This document shows, piece by piece, positions 28,701-37,998 of a stretch of DNA of 64,000 nucleotides. The translations under genes were made by a program, and so were the position numbers. The DNA is from an uncultured delta proteobacterium. GTDB lineage: Bacteria > Desulfobacterota > Desulfomonilia > Desulfomonilales > Desulfomonilaceae. The first letter of the stretch is position 1. Each line of letters starts with the position of its first letter. The stretch spans positions 1,088,001 to 1,152,000 of the forward strand of contig CAWBKB010000001.1 of the NCBI GenBank assembly GCA_963789265.1, read 5' to 3'. Under the pieces are notes generated by a model. It was given only the letters and a program-made list of their open reading frames with translations. It was not told the origin of the DNA and did not search any database.

Positions 28701-30986
28701 TTATCTCTTCATTCCCTTTTGCTCCTGTAAGGCCCAGTAGATTTTCTCAGGGGTTGCCGGGAGAGTCTTGAACCAAATTCCTGTGGCGTCCTTGAGAGCG
28801 CTCACGATTGCGCTCGGAGTGCTCACAATGCAGCCTTCGCTGGCCTCTTTGGCGCCGTAGGGCCCGTCAGGATCTTCGGTAATAATGTCTATCACTTCTA
28901 TGTTCGGGACATCTGTCGAGAGAGGCATCTTGTAATTGGTAAGGCTCGCGTTTCGTGTTCTTCCCCCGTCCATGATGAATCCTTCATAGAGTGTCTGGCC
29001 CAGCCCCTGTACCGCTCCTCCCTGATTTTGGGCATGAACGTTGAGGGGATTCAAGGGGCGGCCGCAGTCATGCGCAATGATGGTGTTCTCGCAACGGGCA
29101 ACTCCGGTCTCAAGGTCAACCCTAACTTCAGCCAACTGGGCGGTGAAGCTGTACGACGTGCCCGGGTTGCCAAGCCCTTTGTCCCAGTCGTACCGTTCGA
29201 TGCCGTATTGCGAGTATCCCCTTCCCAGAATAACTGCCCCGGACCCTGAGTAGCAGGCTATTTTGGCGAGTTTCCCGAAGGGCATTGACAACTCGGGACG
29301 ACCTTTCACGAATACCTTTCCTTCTCGGAACTCGATATCATCGGGCTGGGTTTTCCATTCCCTTGCTGCAAATTGAGCAAGTTGGTTTTTGACATCTTGC
29401 GCAGCTCTCTGGGCCGCCATTCCGGCGAGTATGGTCACGCGACTTCCGTAGCTACCCGGGTCACAGGGGGTTACTGCCGTATCTACCCTCTTGATATTCA
29501 CGTCCTCCATCCGGACGCCCAACTCTTCGGCCACGATCTGAACGAGCACCGTGTCAGATCCCTGGCCGCAGTCCGTCGCTCCCGTCAGGTAGTTTACCGT
29601 TCCGTCCTCACAAAGCCTGACAATAGCCGCGCAGGATTGATGACCCAATTGTCTGGCCCCTCCAAGGTACGAAGCCGCTGAAAGACCCACTCCTCTGCCG
29701 GCTTTGGCTCCGTTGCCTCGGCGTTTCCAGATTTCTGTTTTCTTCAGCGTCTCCAAGCCCTCTGTGAGGCCGCAACTTTTTACGGTAATCTCGTTGACGG
29801 TTTCATAGGGGGCTTTAATGGCATTCTTCAGACGAACATCAATCGGATCGATGCCGAGTTCTTCGGCGAGCATGTCCATTTGGATCTCCGCGGCAAAACG
29901 GGTGTGGGTTGCGCCGTGTCCCCGCATAGCCGCGCTGACAGGATGGTTTGTAAAGATTCGGTATGCATCGTACCTGAAATTGGGCAGCTTGTACGGGAGT
30001 GTTGTCATTGCGCCGCTCAAGTAGAGCGTCAGCGGGCCGATGGCAGTGTATGCTCCGCCCTCCGCTATCGCTTTTTGCTGAAGCGCGAGCAGAGTGCCGT
30101 CCTTCTTCATGCCCATCTTGCTGTGGATAATGAAGTTGTGTCTGCGACGAGCCGTCTTGAGCACTTCCTCCATACTGTAAACGAATTTCACCGGTCTGCC
30201 GGTCCATTTGGAAAAGAGAACCGAGCAGAAATCACCGGCCACGGAGTCATTCTTGGTGCCGCCGAAGCCCGCGCCGACGAACGGCTGAATAATTCGTATC
30301 TTATTCAGGGGTAGGCCAAAACAGGCTGCCATGTGGCGATAAACAAAATAAGGGCTCTGTTTTGCACCCCAAAGCGTAATCCCGCTGGAGTCGTACATGG
30401 CAACGGCCGCCGGAGGTTCGAGATATCCCGTAAGAACTCTCCCTGTTTCAAAACGGTCCTCACGCACCATGTGCGAGTCGGCGAATGCCTTTTCCACGTC
30501 ACCGAAGTCCATGTGGAATTCCCAGCTCCGGTTATTTTGCACGTAATCGTGCACGGCCGGAGCACCCGGTTTCATGGCCTCTTCGGGATCGAATACTCCG
30601 GGAAGTTCCTCATAATCCACGTGGATGAGCCCCGCGGCTTCTTCGGCGGTTTCTTCATCCACTGCCGCGACCGCGGCCACAGCTTCTCCCAGGTAACGAG
30701 CTTTGCCCACAGCCAAGGGAGGTTCGTCTCGGGTCTGAGGCATGAAACCCCAAGTCCATCCGTGAAAATCTTTTCCAGTACAAACTGCTTTCACACCCGA
30801 ATGACTTTCTGCGCGACTTGTATCAATTTTGAGGATTTTAGCGTGGGGATGCGGGCTGCGCAAAATCTTGCACCAGAGCATCCCGGGAAAAGAAAAGTCA
30901 GCGGCGTATTTTCCGCCGCCGGTGACTTTATCAAGGGCGTCTACCCGGGGAATCGGTTTTCCTATTATTGAACATTCTTGCATCAC
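28701..30986 (-). CDS. Xanthine-oxidase family molybdopterin subunit (4-hydroxybenzoyl-CoA reductase alpha-like)
   Basis: AMRGHG, GQGSDT, GSYGSRVT, GAKEASEG. Confidence 0.9.
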   Translation of the reverse strand: MMQECSIIGKPIPRVDALDKVTGGGKYAADFSFPGMLWCKILRSPHPHAKILKIDTSRAESHSGVKAVCTGKDFHGWTWGFMPQTRDEPPLAVGKARYLGEAVAAVAAVDEETAEEAAGLIHVDYEELPGVFDPEEAMKPGAPAVHDYVQNNRSWEFHMDFGDVEKAFADSHMVREDRFETGRVLTGYLEPPAAVAMYDSSGITLWGAKQSPYFVYRHMAACFGLPLNKIRIIQPFVGAGFGGTKNDSVAGDFCSVLFSKWTGRPVKFVYSMEEVLKTARRRHNFIIHSKMGMKKDGTLLALQQKAIAEGGAYTAIGPLTLYLSGAMTTLPYKLPNFRYDAYRIFTNHPVSAAMRGHGATHTRFAAEIQMDMLAEELGIDPIDVRLKNAIKAPYETVNEITVKSCGLTEGLETLKKTEIWKRRGNGAKAGRGVGLSAASYLGGARQLGHQSCAAIVRLCEDGTVNYLTGATDCGQGSDTVLVQIVAEELGVRMEDVNIKRVDTAVTPCDPGSYGSRVTILAGMAAQRAAQDVKNQLAQFAAREWKTQPDDIEFREGKVFVKGRPELSMPFGKLAKIACYSGSGAVILGRGYSQYGIERYDWDKGLGNPGTSYSFTAQLAEVRVDLETGVARCENTIIAHDCGRPLNPLNVHAQNQGGAVQGLGQTLYEGFIMDGGRTRNASLTNYKMPLSTDVPNIEVIDIITEDPDGPYGAKEASEGCIVSTPSAIVSALKDATGIWFKTLPATPEKIYWALQEQKGMKR

Positions 30987-31462
30987 GATTCCCCTCCTTC
31001 ACTGATCATCTCGGCGGCAGCTTCTATGGATTCGATAATTTTCGTATAACCGGTGCATCGGCAGAAGTTGCCGGCTATGCCCTCGCGTATGTCTTCTTCA
31101 GTCGGGTGCGGGTATTTCTTCAGTAAGTATGTGCCCGAGACAATCATACCAGGCGTGCAGAAGCCGCACTGGGCTCCTCCGTGCTTCACGAATGCCTCTT
31201 GAATCGGATGCAATTTTTCTTTTGTCCCGACCCCCTCGACGGTCACAATGGATTTTCCGTGCGCCTCGGCTGCCAAAACGAGGCAACTATTCACTGTGAC
31301 ACCATCCATTATGACAGTGCACGCTCCGCACTCGCCCATTCCGCACCCTTCTTTGGTACCTGTAAGATGTAATCTCTCCCGAATCATCTCGAGGAGCGTT
31401 TCCGACGGAGCAACCTCAATGCTCTCCAGCTTTCCGTTCACGGTACACTCGATTTGTTTCAT
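30983..31462 (-). CDS. (2Fe-2S)-binding subunit
   Basis: GCGMGECGACTV, QCGFCTPG, CRCTGY. Confidence 0.95.
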   Translation of the reverse strand: MKQIECTVNGKLESIEVAPSETLLEMIRERLHLTGTKEGCGMGECGACTVIMDGVTVNSCLVLAAEAHGKSIVTVEGVGTKEKLHPIQEAFVKHGGAQCGFCTPGMIVSGTYLLKKYPHPTEEDIREGIAGNFCRCTGYTKIIESIEAAAEMISEGGES

Positions 31463-31482
31463 GAGAAGTCCTCCTTCGGTCG

Positions 31483-32409
31483 TCAGTCTATTTCCATCGG
31501 TTTCCCCGAGAGACATCGTCTAATCGCTCTGGCCGTCAAGACAAGCACCATGGCCCTGCGATATGCAGCCGACCCTCTGATCGAGTCCCTCGGCCAACAC
31601 TCTTGGGCTGCACTTACTGCTGCGGCATCGATGTTGTCACTAGTCAACGGTCTGCTCCGGAACGTCGACTCAGCAGTAAATGCTCGAAGAGGCGTCCGTC
31701 CCACTGCCCCGAGTCCTATTCGAATGTCGGTGCATTTTTCGCCGGTTGCTTTGACAAAGGCAGCCACACCTACAACGGCCAGATCCAACCTGCTTCTAGG
31801 TGATAATTTTATGTAGCAACTTCGAGCCCCGGCGCTTGACTGGGGAACTAAGATTTCCGTGACGATCTCGCCATAGGAAAGAGCGGTTTGGAGGGGACCG
31901 GTAAAGAAATCCTTCAGAGGAATGGTTCGCTCCCCCGAAGCAGAGGCGCAGCGGACTGTAGCATCCAGCGCAAGGAGGGCCGGCGCAGTATCGGCTGAAG
32001 GAGCTGCATTGCAAATGTTCCCTGCGACCGTAGCCCGATGCTGGATTTGAGTGGCTCCGATCTTGCCGGCTGCGATGGCAAGGGCCGGATATCGTTCCCT
32101 GACCAGGCACGAGCGAGCTACCGCATGAACGTTGGCGAGTGCGCCTATTGCCAGCCCGGCATTTTCGTCGTAACGGATATAATCCAGTTCCCGGATGCCC
32201 TTGAGATCTACAAGACATGTAGGAATCTTGCCCTGTCGCCGCTTGAGCTTGGGCAGCACGTCTGTACCGCCGGCAAACACCTTATAATCGATCCCGCCCT
32301 CCATAAGCTCCCAGGCTTCCGAGAGGCTCTTGGGAGAAACGTAGTCGAATTTGGGAAGCCTCCGATAGAATACTGTCATGGTATCCTCCACGTAATCTGC
32401 ATGTACCAC
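31483..32409 (-). CDS. FAD-binding subunit (CoxM/XdhB-like)
   Basis: AGGTD, ATVAGNICNAAPSAD; start may be the later ATG (MTVFYRR). Confidence 0.92.
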   Translation of the reverse strand: MVHADYVEDTMTVFYRRLPKFDYVSPKSLSEAWELMEGGIDYKVFAGGTDVLPKLKRRQGKIPTCLVDLKGIRELDYIRYDENAGLAIGALANVHAVARSCLVRERYPALAIAAGKIGATQIQHRATVAGNICNAAPSADTAPALLALDATVRCASASGERTIPLKDFFTGPLQTALSYGEIVTEILVPQSSAGARSCYIKLSPRSRLDLAVVGVAAFVKATGEKCTDIRIGLGAVGRTPLRAFTAESTFRSRPLTSDNIDAAAVSAAQECWPRDSIRGSAAYRRAMVLVLTARAIRRCLSGKPMEID

Positions 32410-32564
32410 GCATTGGCATCCGGGAATTCGCGCCGTTGCCGGATTTCGCCCGGTTCGTTCCGATAAAACCGCCGCCGTAGGCGAGGCGAAGAATGGGCTG
32501 ACTTGAACAAACGATTGATCCGGGTCACATTTAGTCTCTCCCGTCGCTGCGGCCGTGGATCAAC

Positions 32565-32602
32565 TGGAGATACTATATAGACACGTCTGTATAGTATCTC
32601 CA
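32565..32602. promoter_or_regulatory. Palindromic operator candidate upstream of the Mo-enzyme operon
   Basis: TGGAGATACTATATAGAC-AC-GTCTGTATAGTATCTCCA, one mismatch. Confidence 0.65.
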
Positions 32603-32679
32603 AATAGAAATCTTTCGCTTCCACGTATGTGCCTTGTCTTCCAACCCTCTGCCCTAGACTCAGTCCGGTTTCCCCACTC

Positions 32680-33369
32680 TCAGTCTTCGCCCACTGCCTG
32701 ATTGTTGACGTGTCGTTTTTCCCGTTTCGCGATGCCGTTACTTGCCCGGCTGCCAAAAACATGGGAGCGCCAGGAAATTCCGGGTTTCAAAATCCCTGAG
32801 AAGAACACCTCTTCTATCGTGTCGACCAAGTCGTCGATTCCCTCCGGTTTGGAGTGATCGAACCAAGTGTATGGCCACATGACCATCCCGATAAGGGTGA
32901 ATGCGACAAATAACTCTGGAAGTTCCTTGGCCTTGCCTTTCTCTTGGAGTTCACGAATCGTTTCGCGTATCGATTTCAGAGCATCCGCCCAGTGCTCACG
33001 CACCCATTCCAAGTGCTCCGGCGCAAGGTACGGAGTTTCATTTATTAGTGCTTTCGTGTCGGGATACAGGCATACGGCGCGGGCGTACTCTCGAACAAAG
33101 AAATCTAATCTTACGAGCGGATCGTCTATTTCTTTCATCCCGGCTACGATGGGCTGAATGCGGCTCTCTATTCTATCTTTGTGAACAGAGAACAGAATAT
33201 CTTCCTTGTCTCGGAAGTACCAGTACAAGGTTGGTCTTGATATGCCTAAACCTTCGCATATATCAGTCGTTGACATCCCATGGTAGCCCTTGCTCAGGAA
33301 CAATTCCATGGCTTTGTCCTGGATTTCCCGCCTGCTTGTTCTGAACGGGAGCTCTTCTTTTTCTCTCAA
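32680..33369 (-). CDS. TetR/AcrR family regulator
   Basis: AMELFLSKGYHGMS...GISRPTLYWYFRDKE. Confidence 0.93.
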   Translation of the reverse strand: MREKEELPFRTSRREIQDKAMELFLSKGYHGMSTTDICEGLGISRPTLYWYFRDKEDILFSVHKDRIESRIQPIVAGMKEIDDPLVRLDFFVREYARAVCLYPDTKALINETPYLAPEHLEWVREHWADALKSIRETIRELQEKGKAKELPELFVAFTLIGMVMWPYTWFDHSKPEGIDDLVDTIEEVFFSGILKPGISWRSHVFGSRASNGIAKREKRHVNNQAVGED

Positions 33370-33443
33370 GTTTCATAATTCCTGTTTCGGTTCAACCGAC
33401 CTTTCAGAGCATTTCTCAGAGCGACAACTCCTTGATTTGTGGG

Positions 33444-33486
33444 CTATACATACCTGTATGTATAGGAACCTCATCTTATTTGTCAA
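33444..33486 (-). promoter_or_regulatory. tetR promoter candidate with overlapping palindromic operator
   Basis: Minus-strand TTGACA at 33481-33486; perfect palindrome CTATACATAC-CT-GTATGTATAG at 33444-33465 over the -10 region. Confidence 0.65.
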
Positions 33487-33530
33487 GTTTTTTTCACGAA
33501 AGTCTCCGGAGAACTTCGAAGGAGGTGTGC

Positions 33531-34457
33531 TCACATTCCGATGGATGCCCTGACGCCATGGCCGGCAATTATATGCTGGAGTCTTGCGAGCTGCTCTCCA
33601 CTTGGGGCCCCGCTGCGGCTTGGGTTGTAAAGACGACCCATCTGGTCGCATTTTATCTTGCCTCCCTCATGATAGGGGAGCAAAGAGATCTTTTCGGCCT
33701 TCACTGCATTCGCGAGACGTGAAACTTCCTCCACATGCTCCGTGGAATCGTTGAAACCGAGGATCAAGGGGATACGGACCCACACTTTCGTGCATTGGGA
33801 AGCACTTTGTAGATTTTGGAGGATGAGCCGATTTCCCACACCGGTTGCCTTCCTGTGCTCGGAGGAATCTAGATGCTTCACGTCAAATAGAGCGAGATCG
33901 ACAAATTCGAGGACTTCCCGCATGGTCGCCCATTGAGCATAACCGGTTGTGTCCAACGCGGTATGGAGTCCGTGCTGCTTACACAATTTGAGCAGATGAC
34001 TAACGAATCGCGCCTGAGCAAGAGGTTCGCCTCCCGACACGGTGACTCCCCCACTCGAGTTCCTGTAAAACGCCTCGTCTCTGAGCACCTCGGTCAGGAC
34101 CTCTTCCGGCTCGACGTACCTGCCGCAGACGGTGAGTGAATCGTACATGCACGCCGCAACACATTCGAAACACCGGTCGCATTTTTCCCAGACGATTCTT
34201 CTGGCATGTTCATCCAGAGTGATGGCTCCGCGTGGGCAGGCATGTACGCACTTGCCGCACCTCGTGCACGTGGTAGTCCTAGCCATCAGCGTGGGAAAGG
34301 GTTCCTGAGATTCGGGATTCGAGCACCAGTCACATCTCAAAGGACAGCCCTTCATGAAAACGGTGGTCCTGATCCCCGGCCCGTCATGAATGCTGAATCT
34401 CTGGATATTGAAGATCAGGCCTTGGTTTCCGTGACGGTTTGGTGAGGTTGTCATCAA
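33531..34457 (-). CDS. Glycyl-radical enzyme activating protein
   Basis: HDGPGIRTTVFMKGCPLRCDWCSNPES; ferredoxin-type insert with two CxxCxxCxxxC motifs; SGGEP. Confidence 0.95.
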   Translation of the reverse strand: MMTTSPNRHGNQGLIFNIQRFSIHDGPGIRTTVFMKGCPLRCDWCSNPESQEPFPTLMARTTTCTRCGKCVHACPRGAITLDEHARRIVWEKCDRCFECVAACMYDSLTVCGRYVEPEEVLTEVLRDEAFYRNSSGGVTVSGGEPLAQARFVSHLLKLCKQHGLHTALDTTGYAQWATMREVLEFVDLALFDVKHLDSSEHRKATGVGNRLILQNLQSASQCTKVWVRIPLILGFNDSTEHVEEVSRLANAVKAEKISLLPYHEGGKIKCDQMGRLYNPSRSGAPSGEQLARLQHIIAGHGVRASIGM

Positions 34458-35125
34458 CTGCTTTTTCCTCTGCCGAGTTTCTGTTCCACCCTCGCTGTAC
34501 CGGCTATGAAGATCTCGGCGAGCGTACGCGCCAACCGGTTCATGTGAGCAACAACTTCCGCCTCACTTCGGCCCGGATATTTCCGGAAGCTGATCAAGAT
34601 TCCATTCAGCGCCGAGAAAAAGAGATGAGAGAGTAATCTGACGTTGCCTTTCACGTGCATGTTCTTAAAGACCGTGTCAAAAACATCGAGAAGTTCGCGC
34701 TCCACAGCGTTCAGTTTTTCCACGGCTACAGGATTTACCTGTGCGTGCAGCATGAAATGGGCCATCATCCTGAAATATACGTCGTGCTCCGTCAGGTACT
34801 GGATGAATGCCTCGGCGGCCCTCTCCAGGTAGTGCTCTTCACTGTCCTGGATGGATGCCTTAAACTCATTCAGCATGTTCCTGGTGCCTCTCAAAGATGC
34901 TTCCACGAACAAAGACTCCTGATCCTTGAAGTAGGTGTAGATGGAGGCAGGTGAGATGTTGGCTTCTTGAGCGATGTCTCTCATACTAACCTTGTTGAAG
35001 GGTTTAGCCGCGAATACTCGTTCAGCCGCCTCGATTATGATATTCCTGCGAGCTTCTCTTTCTTTTTCTTTGAGCAGCGCGAATCCATTTCGTCGTTTCA
35101 TCAAGTTCCTCTCATAATTTGTCAT
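34454..35125 (-). CDS. TetR/AcrR family regulator
   Basis: AAERVF...SMRDIAQEANISPASIYTYF. Confidence 0.92.
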   Translation of the reverse strand: MTNYERNLMKRRNGFALLKEKEREARRNIIIEAAERVFAAKPFNKVSMRDIAQEANISPASIYTYFKDQESLFVEASLRGTRNMLNEFKASIQDSEEHYLERAAEAFIQYLTEHDVYFRMMAHFMLHAQVNPVAVEKLNAVERELLDVFDTVFKNMHVKGNVRLLSHLFFSALNGILISFRKYPGRSEAEVVAHMNRLARTLAEIFIAGTARVEQKLGRGKSS

Positions 35126-35290
35126 TTACGGCTCCGGAAGCGTGAGCATATCCTAATTTCCCTGTGGTGGCGGGTTTTTGAGTGCAAGAACGTGGACGCC
35201 GATTCGACGCGCATCGGACTCTCTCGCTCTCGGGTTCAGATTGATTTGCGCCACATTTACACTTCATTATAAGGCATGAGCAACGATGGG

Positions 35291-35370
35291 ATAGTACACC
35301 GAGCAGTCGTTGGGGTCAACAGCAATGGTTGACTTAACGAACATTATACCTTATGGTAAACATCGTTTAC
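35291..35370. promoter_or_regulatory. Back-to-back sigma70-like promoters with a palindrome
   Basis: Minus TTGACC-17-TACTAT (35319-35291); plus TTGACT-17-TATGGT (35329-35357); GTAAAC-ATC-GTTTAC at 35356-35370. Confidence 0.6.
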
Positions 35371-35402
35371 TAGAGTGACGCACGTTATGGAGGATATATC
35401 TT

Positions 35403-37799
35403 ATGCAAAATCCAAAAGATATAAAAAACAGGCTTGTCATCAAAGCCGTCCGCAACGTGCGGCGAGGATATCAAGGAGATGAGGTTGAAAGAGGCATGTA
35501 CCGCCCCGACATCAAGCTTGATCTCCAACGATCTCGGCTCCTCACAGAGTCCTACAAAGAAAGCGACGGGATGCCGATGGTCATGAGACGGGCAAAGGCC
35601 CTGGAAAACATCCTTACCAAAATGGATCTCTACATCCAAGACTGGGAACGAATCGTGGGCAGCAGCGCCTCCTCGCCCCAAGGTCTCTACTTCGGCATAG
35701 ACATGAACTGGCGGTCCGTGAGCAGGATCGTTAAAGGCCAGGAGGGCCAAACCCTGTTAGACGATGCTGGTAGAGCCGAGCTTGCAGGGCTCGTTGAATA
35801 CTGGAAAGGCAAGTCGATGAGTGACCGTCAGCAGGAGGTATTTACCGGAGATATTCTGAAATATTGGACCTACGACGGCACTTTCTTGTGGACTCATTGG
35901 TCGGAACTGGGAATCCCGAATTACGAAAAGATTTTTAGGGTAGGAATGGGCGGCATCATCGATCAGGCCGCGACACGACTCCTGGAGATTGATAGAGAAG
36001 TGCCCCCGGATTACGTCGAGCAAAAGGAATTCCTTCAGGCCGTTATCATCGCTTTGAAAGCGGTCATTAAATTCGCCCATAGATACGCGAAGATAGCCCG
36101 CGAAATGGCAGCAAAGGCGGCCGATGAAGAATCAAGGGCGCGCCTGGAAGCAATAGCTGCGACGTGTGAGCGGGTCCCGGAACGTCCTCCCGGATCTCTG
36201 GTCGAGGCGCTACAATCATTCTTCTTCATCCATGTGGCGCGATACATCGAATATTCGACCCTGGGGATCGGGGTCCGTTTTGACAAGTTGTTCGGCCCTT
36301 ACTACGAACGGGATCTGCGCGAAGGCAGGATGACCAGGAACGAGGCGCTGGAACTGCTGCAACTACTGTGGGTGAAGTTCCACGAATTGGGGCTCGTGTA
36401 TTCGCCGTTGCTGTCGGGAATATACGGAGGAGTGGAGTCCCTTCAGGCCATCACTCTGGGAGGCGTGGACAAAGACGGAAAGGATGTCACCAATGAGATG
36501 ACATACCTGGTCCTGGAGACGGCCAAGACCATGAGAACGCTCGAGCCGAGCATTGCCCTTCGTTATCATGCCAACTCACCTCAAGAATTGCTGTCTCAGG
36601 CCACGGATGTGATCCGGCTGGGCATCGGCTATCCGTCATTGTTCAATGATAAAGCTTTGATTCCCACACTGCTCAAGTGGGGTGTCCCTCACGAGGAAGC
36701 CAGGGATTACGCGGTGACGGGATGCGTGTACATTGAAATACCGGGCAAGAATATTTGTCGCCGGGCACTGGGAGCCTTGATTTTGCCGAAATGCTTGTGG
36801 TGGGCGTTGCGTCAAGGCAAGAAGCCGAAAACGGGCGTTCAGTGGGGCGCTGCCACGCCCGATCCCCGTACGTTTCAATCCGGCACGGAACTCCTCGACG
36901 CTTACCTGGATCAGGTGCGTTTCTTCTTTGGGAAACAGAGCCGGATTGAGAATACTTGTCGATCCCTCTATGCAAAGTACCTCCCGAGGCCCTTCTATTC
37001 TGCGGTGCTCGATGGCTGCATCGAGCGAGGCAATGACTGCCGGCAGTGGGCGTATCCCTCGATGGTGCACGACTTTTGCGTCATAATTGGCGCCACCAAC
37101 GTAGTCGATTCGATTGCCGCGATTCAAAAAGTCTTGTTCGAAGATAAAAGAGCATCCATGGACGAGCTTCTGGCCGCGTTGGATGCCAATTGGGTCGGAT
37201 ATGAAGATCTGCGGCAGATGATGATCCGAGCGCCCAAATTCGGCAACGACGACGATCTAGTGGATACGATCGCTGTTAAGGTTCACCACGGGACTTCGGA
37301 AGTCCTGGCGGAATTCACGGATCGCTTTGGCTATCCCTGCAGAGGAGACGGCAGCGGGGTGTCCGCGACATACGGTTGCGCGTTTGACACTCCTGCCACG
37401 CCCGACGGCCGAAGGGACGGAGAACCCTTCGCGGACGCAACACTTTCCCCGAGTCAGGGAAGGGACGTTCGGGGTCCGACCGCGGTTCTGAAATCCGCGG
37501 CCAAGATAGACACTACCAAGACCTACAACCATTTGTTGAATCAAAAGTTCTTGCCCCAAATGCTCGATGGAGAGCTGAAAGACGTGTTCATCAGCTATCT
37601 TAGGACGTGGGGCGATCTTGGTATCAGTCACATTCAGTTTAACGTGCTGGACAAAGAGACACTCTTGAACGCTCAACAAGAGCCGGAGAAGTATCCTGAT
37701 CTCATTGTAAGAGTGGCGGGTTACAGCGCCTACTTTGTCGATTTGAGCAAGGGCTTGCAAGATTCGATCATCGCTCGAACCGAGCAATCCTTTCATTAG
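35403..37799 (+). CDS. Glycyl radical enzyme of unknown specificity
   Basis: C-terminal LIVRVAGYSAYF glycyl loop, single-Cys loop TGCVY, ATPDGR; 798 aa; activase adjacent. Confidence 0.95.
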   Translation: MQNPKDIKNRLVIKAVRNVRRGYQGDEVERGMYRPDIKLDLQRSRLLTESYKESDGMPMVMRRAKALENILTKMDLYIQDWERIVGSSASSPQGLYFGIDMNWRSVSRIVKGQEGQTLLDDAGRAELAGLVEYWKGKSMSDRQQEVFTGDILKYWTYDGTFLWTHWSELGIPNYEKIFRVGMGGIIDQAATRLLEIDREVPPDYVEQKEFLQAVIIALKAVIKFAHRYAKIAREMAAKAADEESRARLEAIAATCERVPERPPGSLVEALQSFFFIHVARYIEYSTLGIGVRFDKLFGPYYERDLREGRMTRNEALELLQLLWVKFHELGLVYSPLLSGIYGGVESLQAITLGGVDKDGKDVTNEMTYLVLETAKTMRTLEPSIALRYHANSPQELLSQATDVIRLGIGYPSLFNDKALIPTLLKWGVPHEEARDYAVTGCVYIEIPGKNICRRALGALILPKCLWWALRQGKKPKTGVQWGAATPDPRTFQSGTELLDAYLDQVRFFFGKQSRIENTCRSLYAKYLPRPFYSAVLDGCIERGNDCRQWAYPSMVHDFCVIIGATNVVDSIAAIQKVLFEDKRASMDELLAALDANWVGYEDLRQMMIRAPKFGNDDDLVDTIAVKVHHGTSEVLAEFTDRFGYPCRGDGSGVSATYGCAFDTPATPDGRRDGEPFADATLSPSQGRDVRGPTAVLKSAAKIDTTKTYNHLLNQKFLPQMLDGELKDVFISYLRTWGDLGISHIQFNVLDKETLLNAQQEPEKYPDLIVRVAGYSAYFVDLSKGLQDSIIARTEQSFH

Positions 37800-37998
37800 A
37801 CTGCCGGGCGGTGCAGGTTTCCGTGTTCCCTGGGCGGACGCGAATGAGAATACTCTTCAGCCAGGCTAAGCAAGGAAGGTGAGCGGGAACCATTTTGGGG
37901 GACGGGCGGTCCCCTAGCCAAGACTCTCATGCAAACAAGGCTTGCGATCCTTTTGACGTTCGGCTTCAAACCGACCAAACGACGTGGGAGGTATGCAC

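Noticed and set aside
35403..37799. Annotation as pyruvate formate-lyase or benzylsuccinate synthase
   Set aside because: It lacks the PFL Cys-Cys pair, and no small Bss-type subunits are evident.
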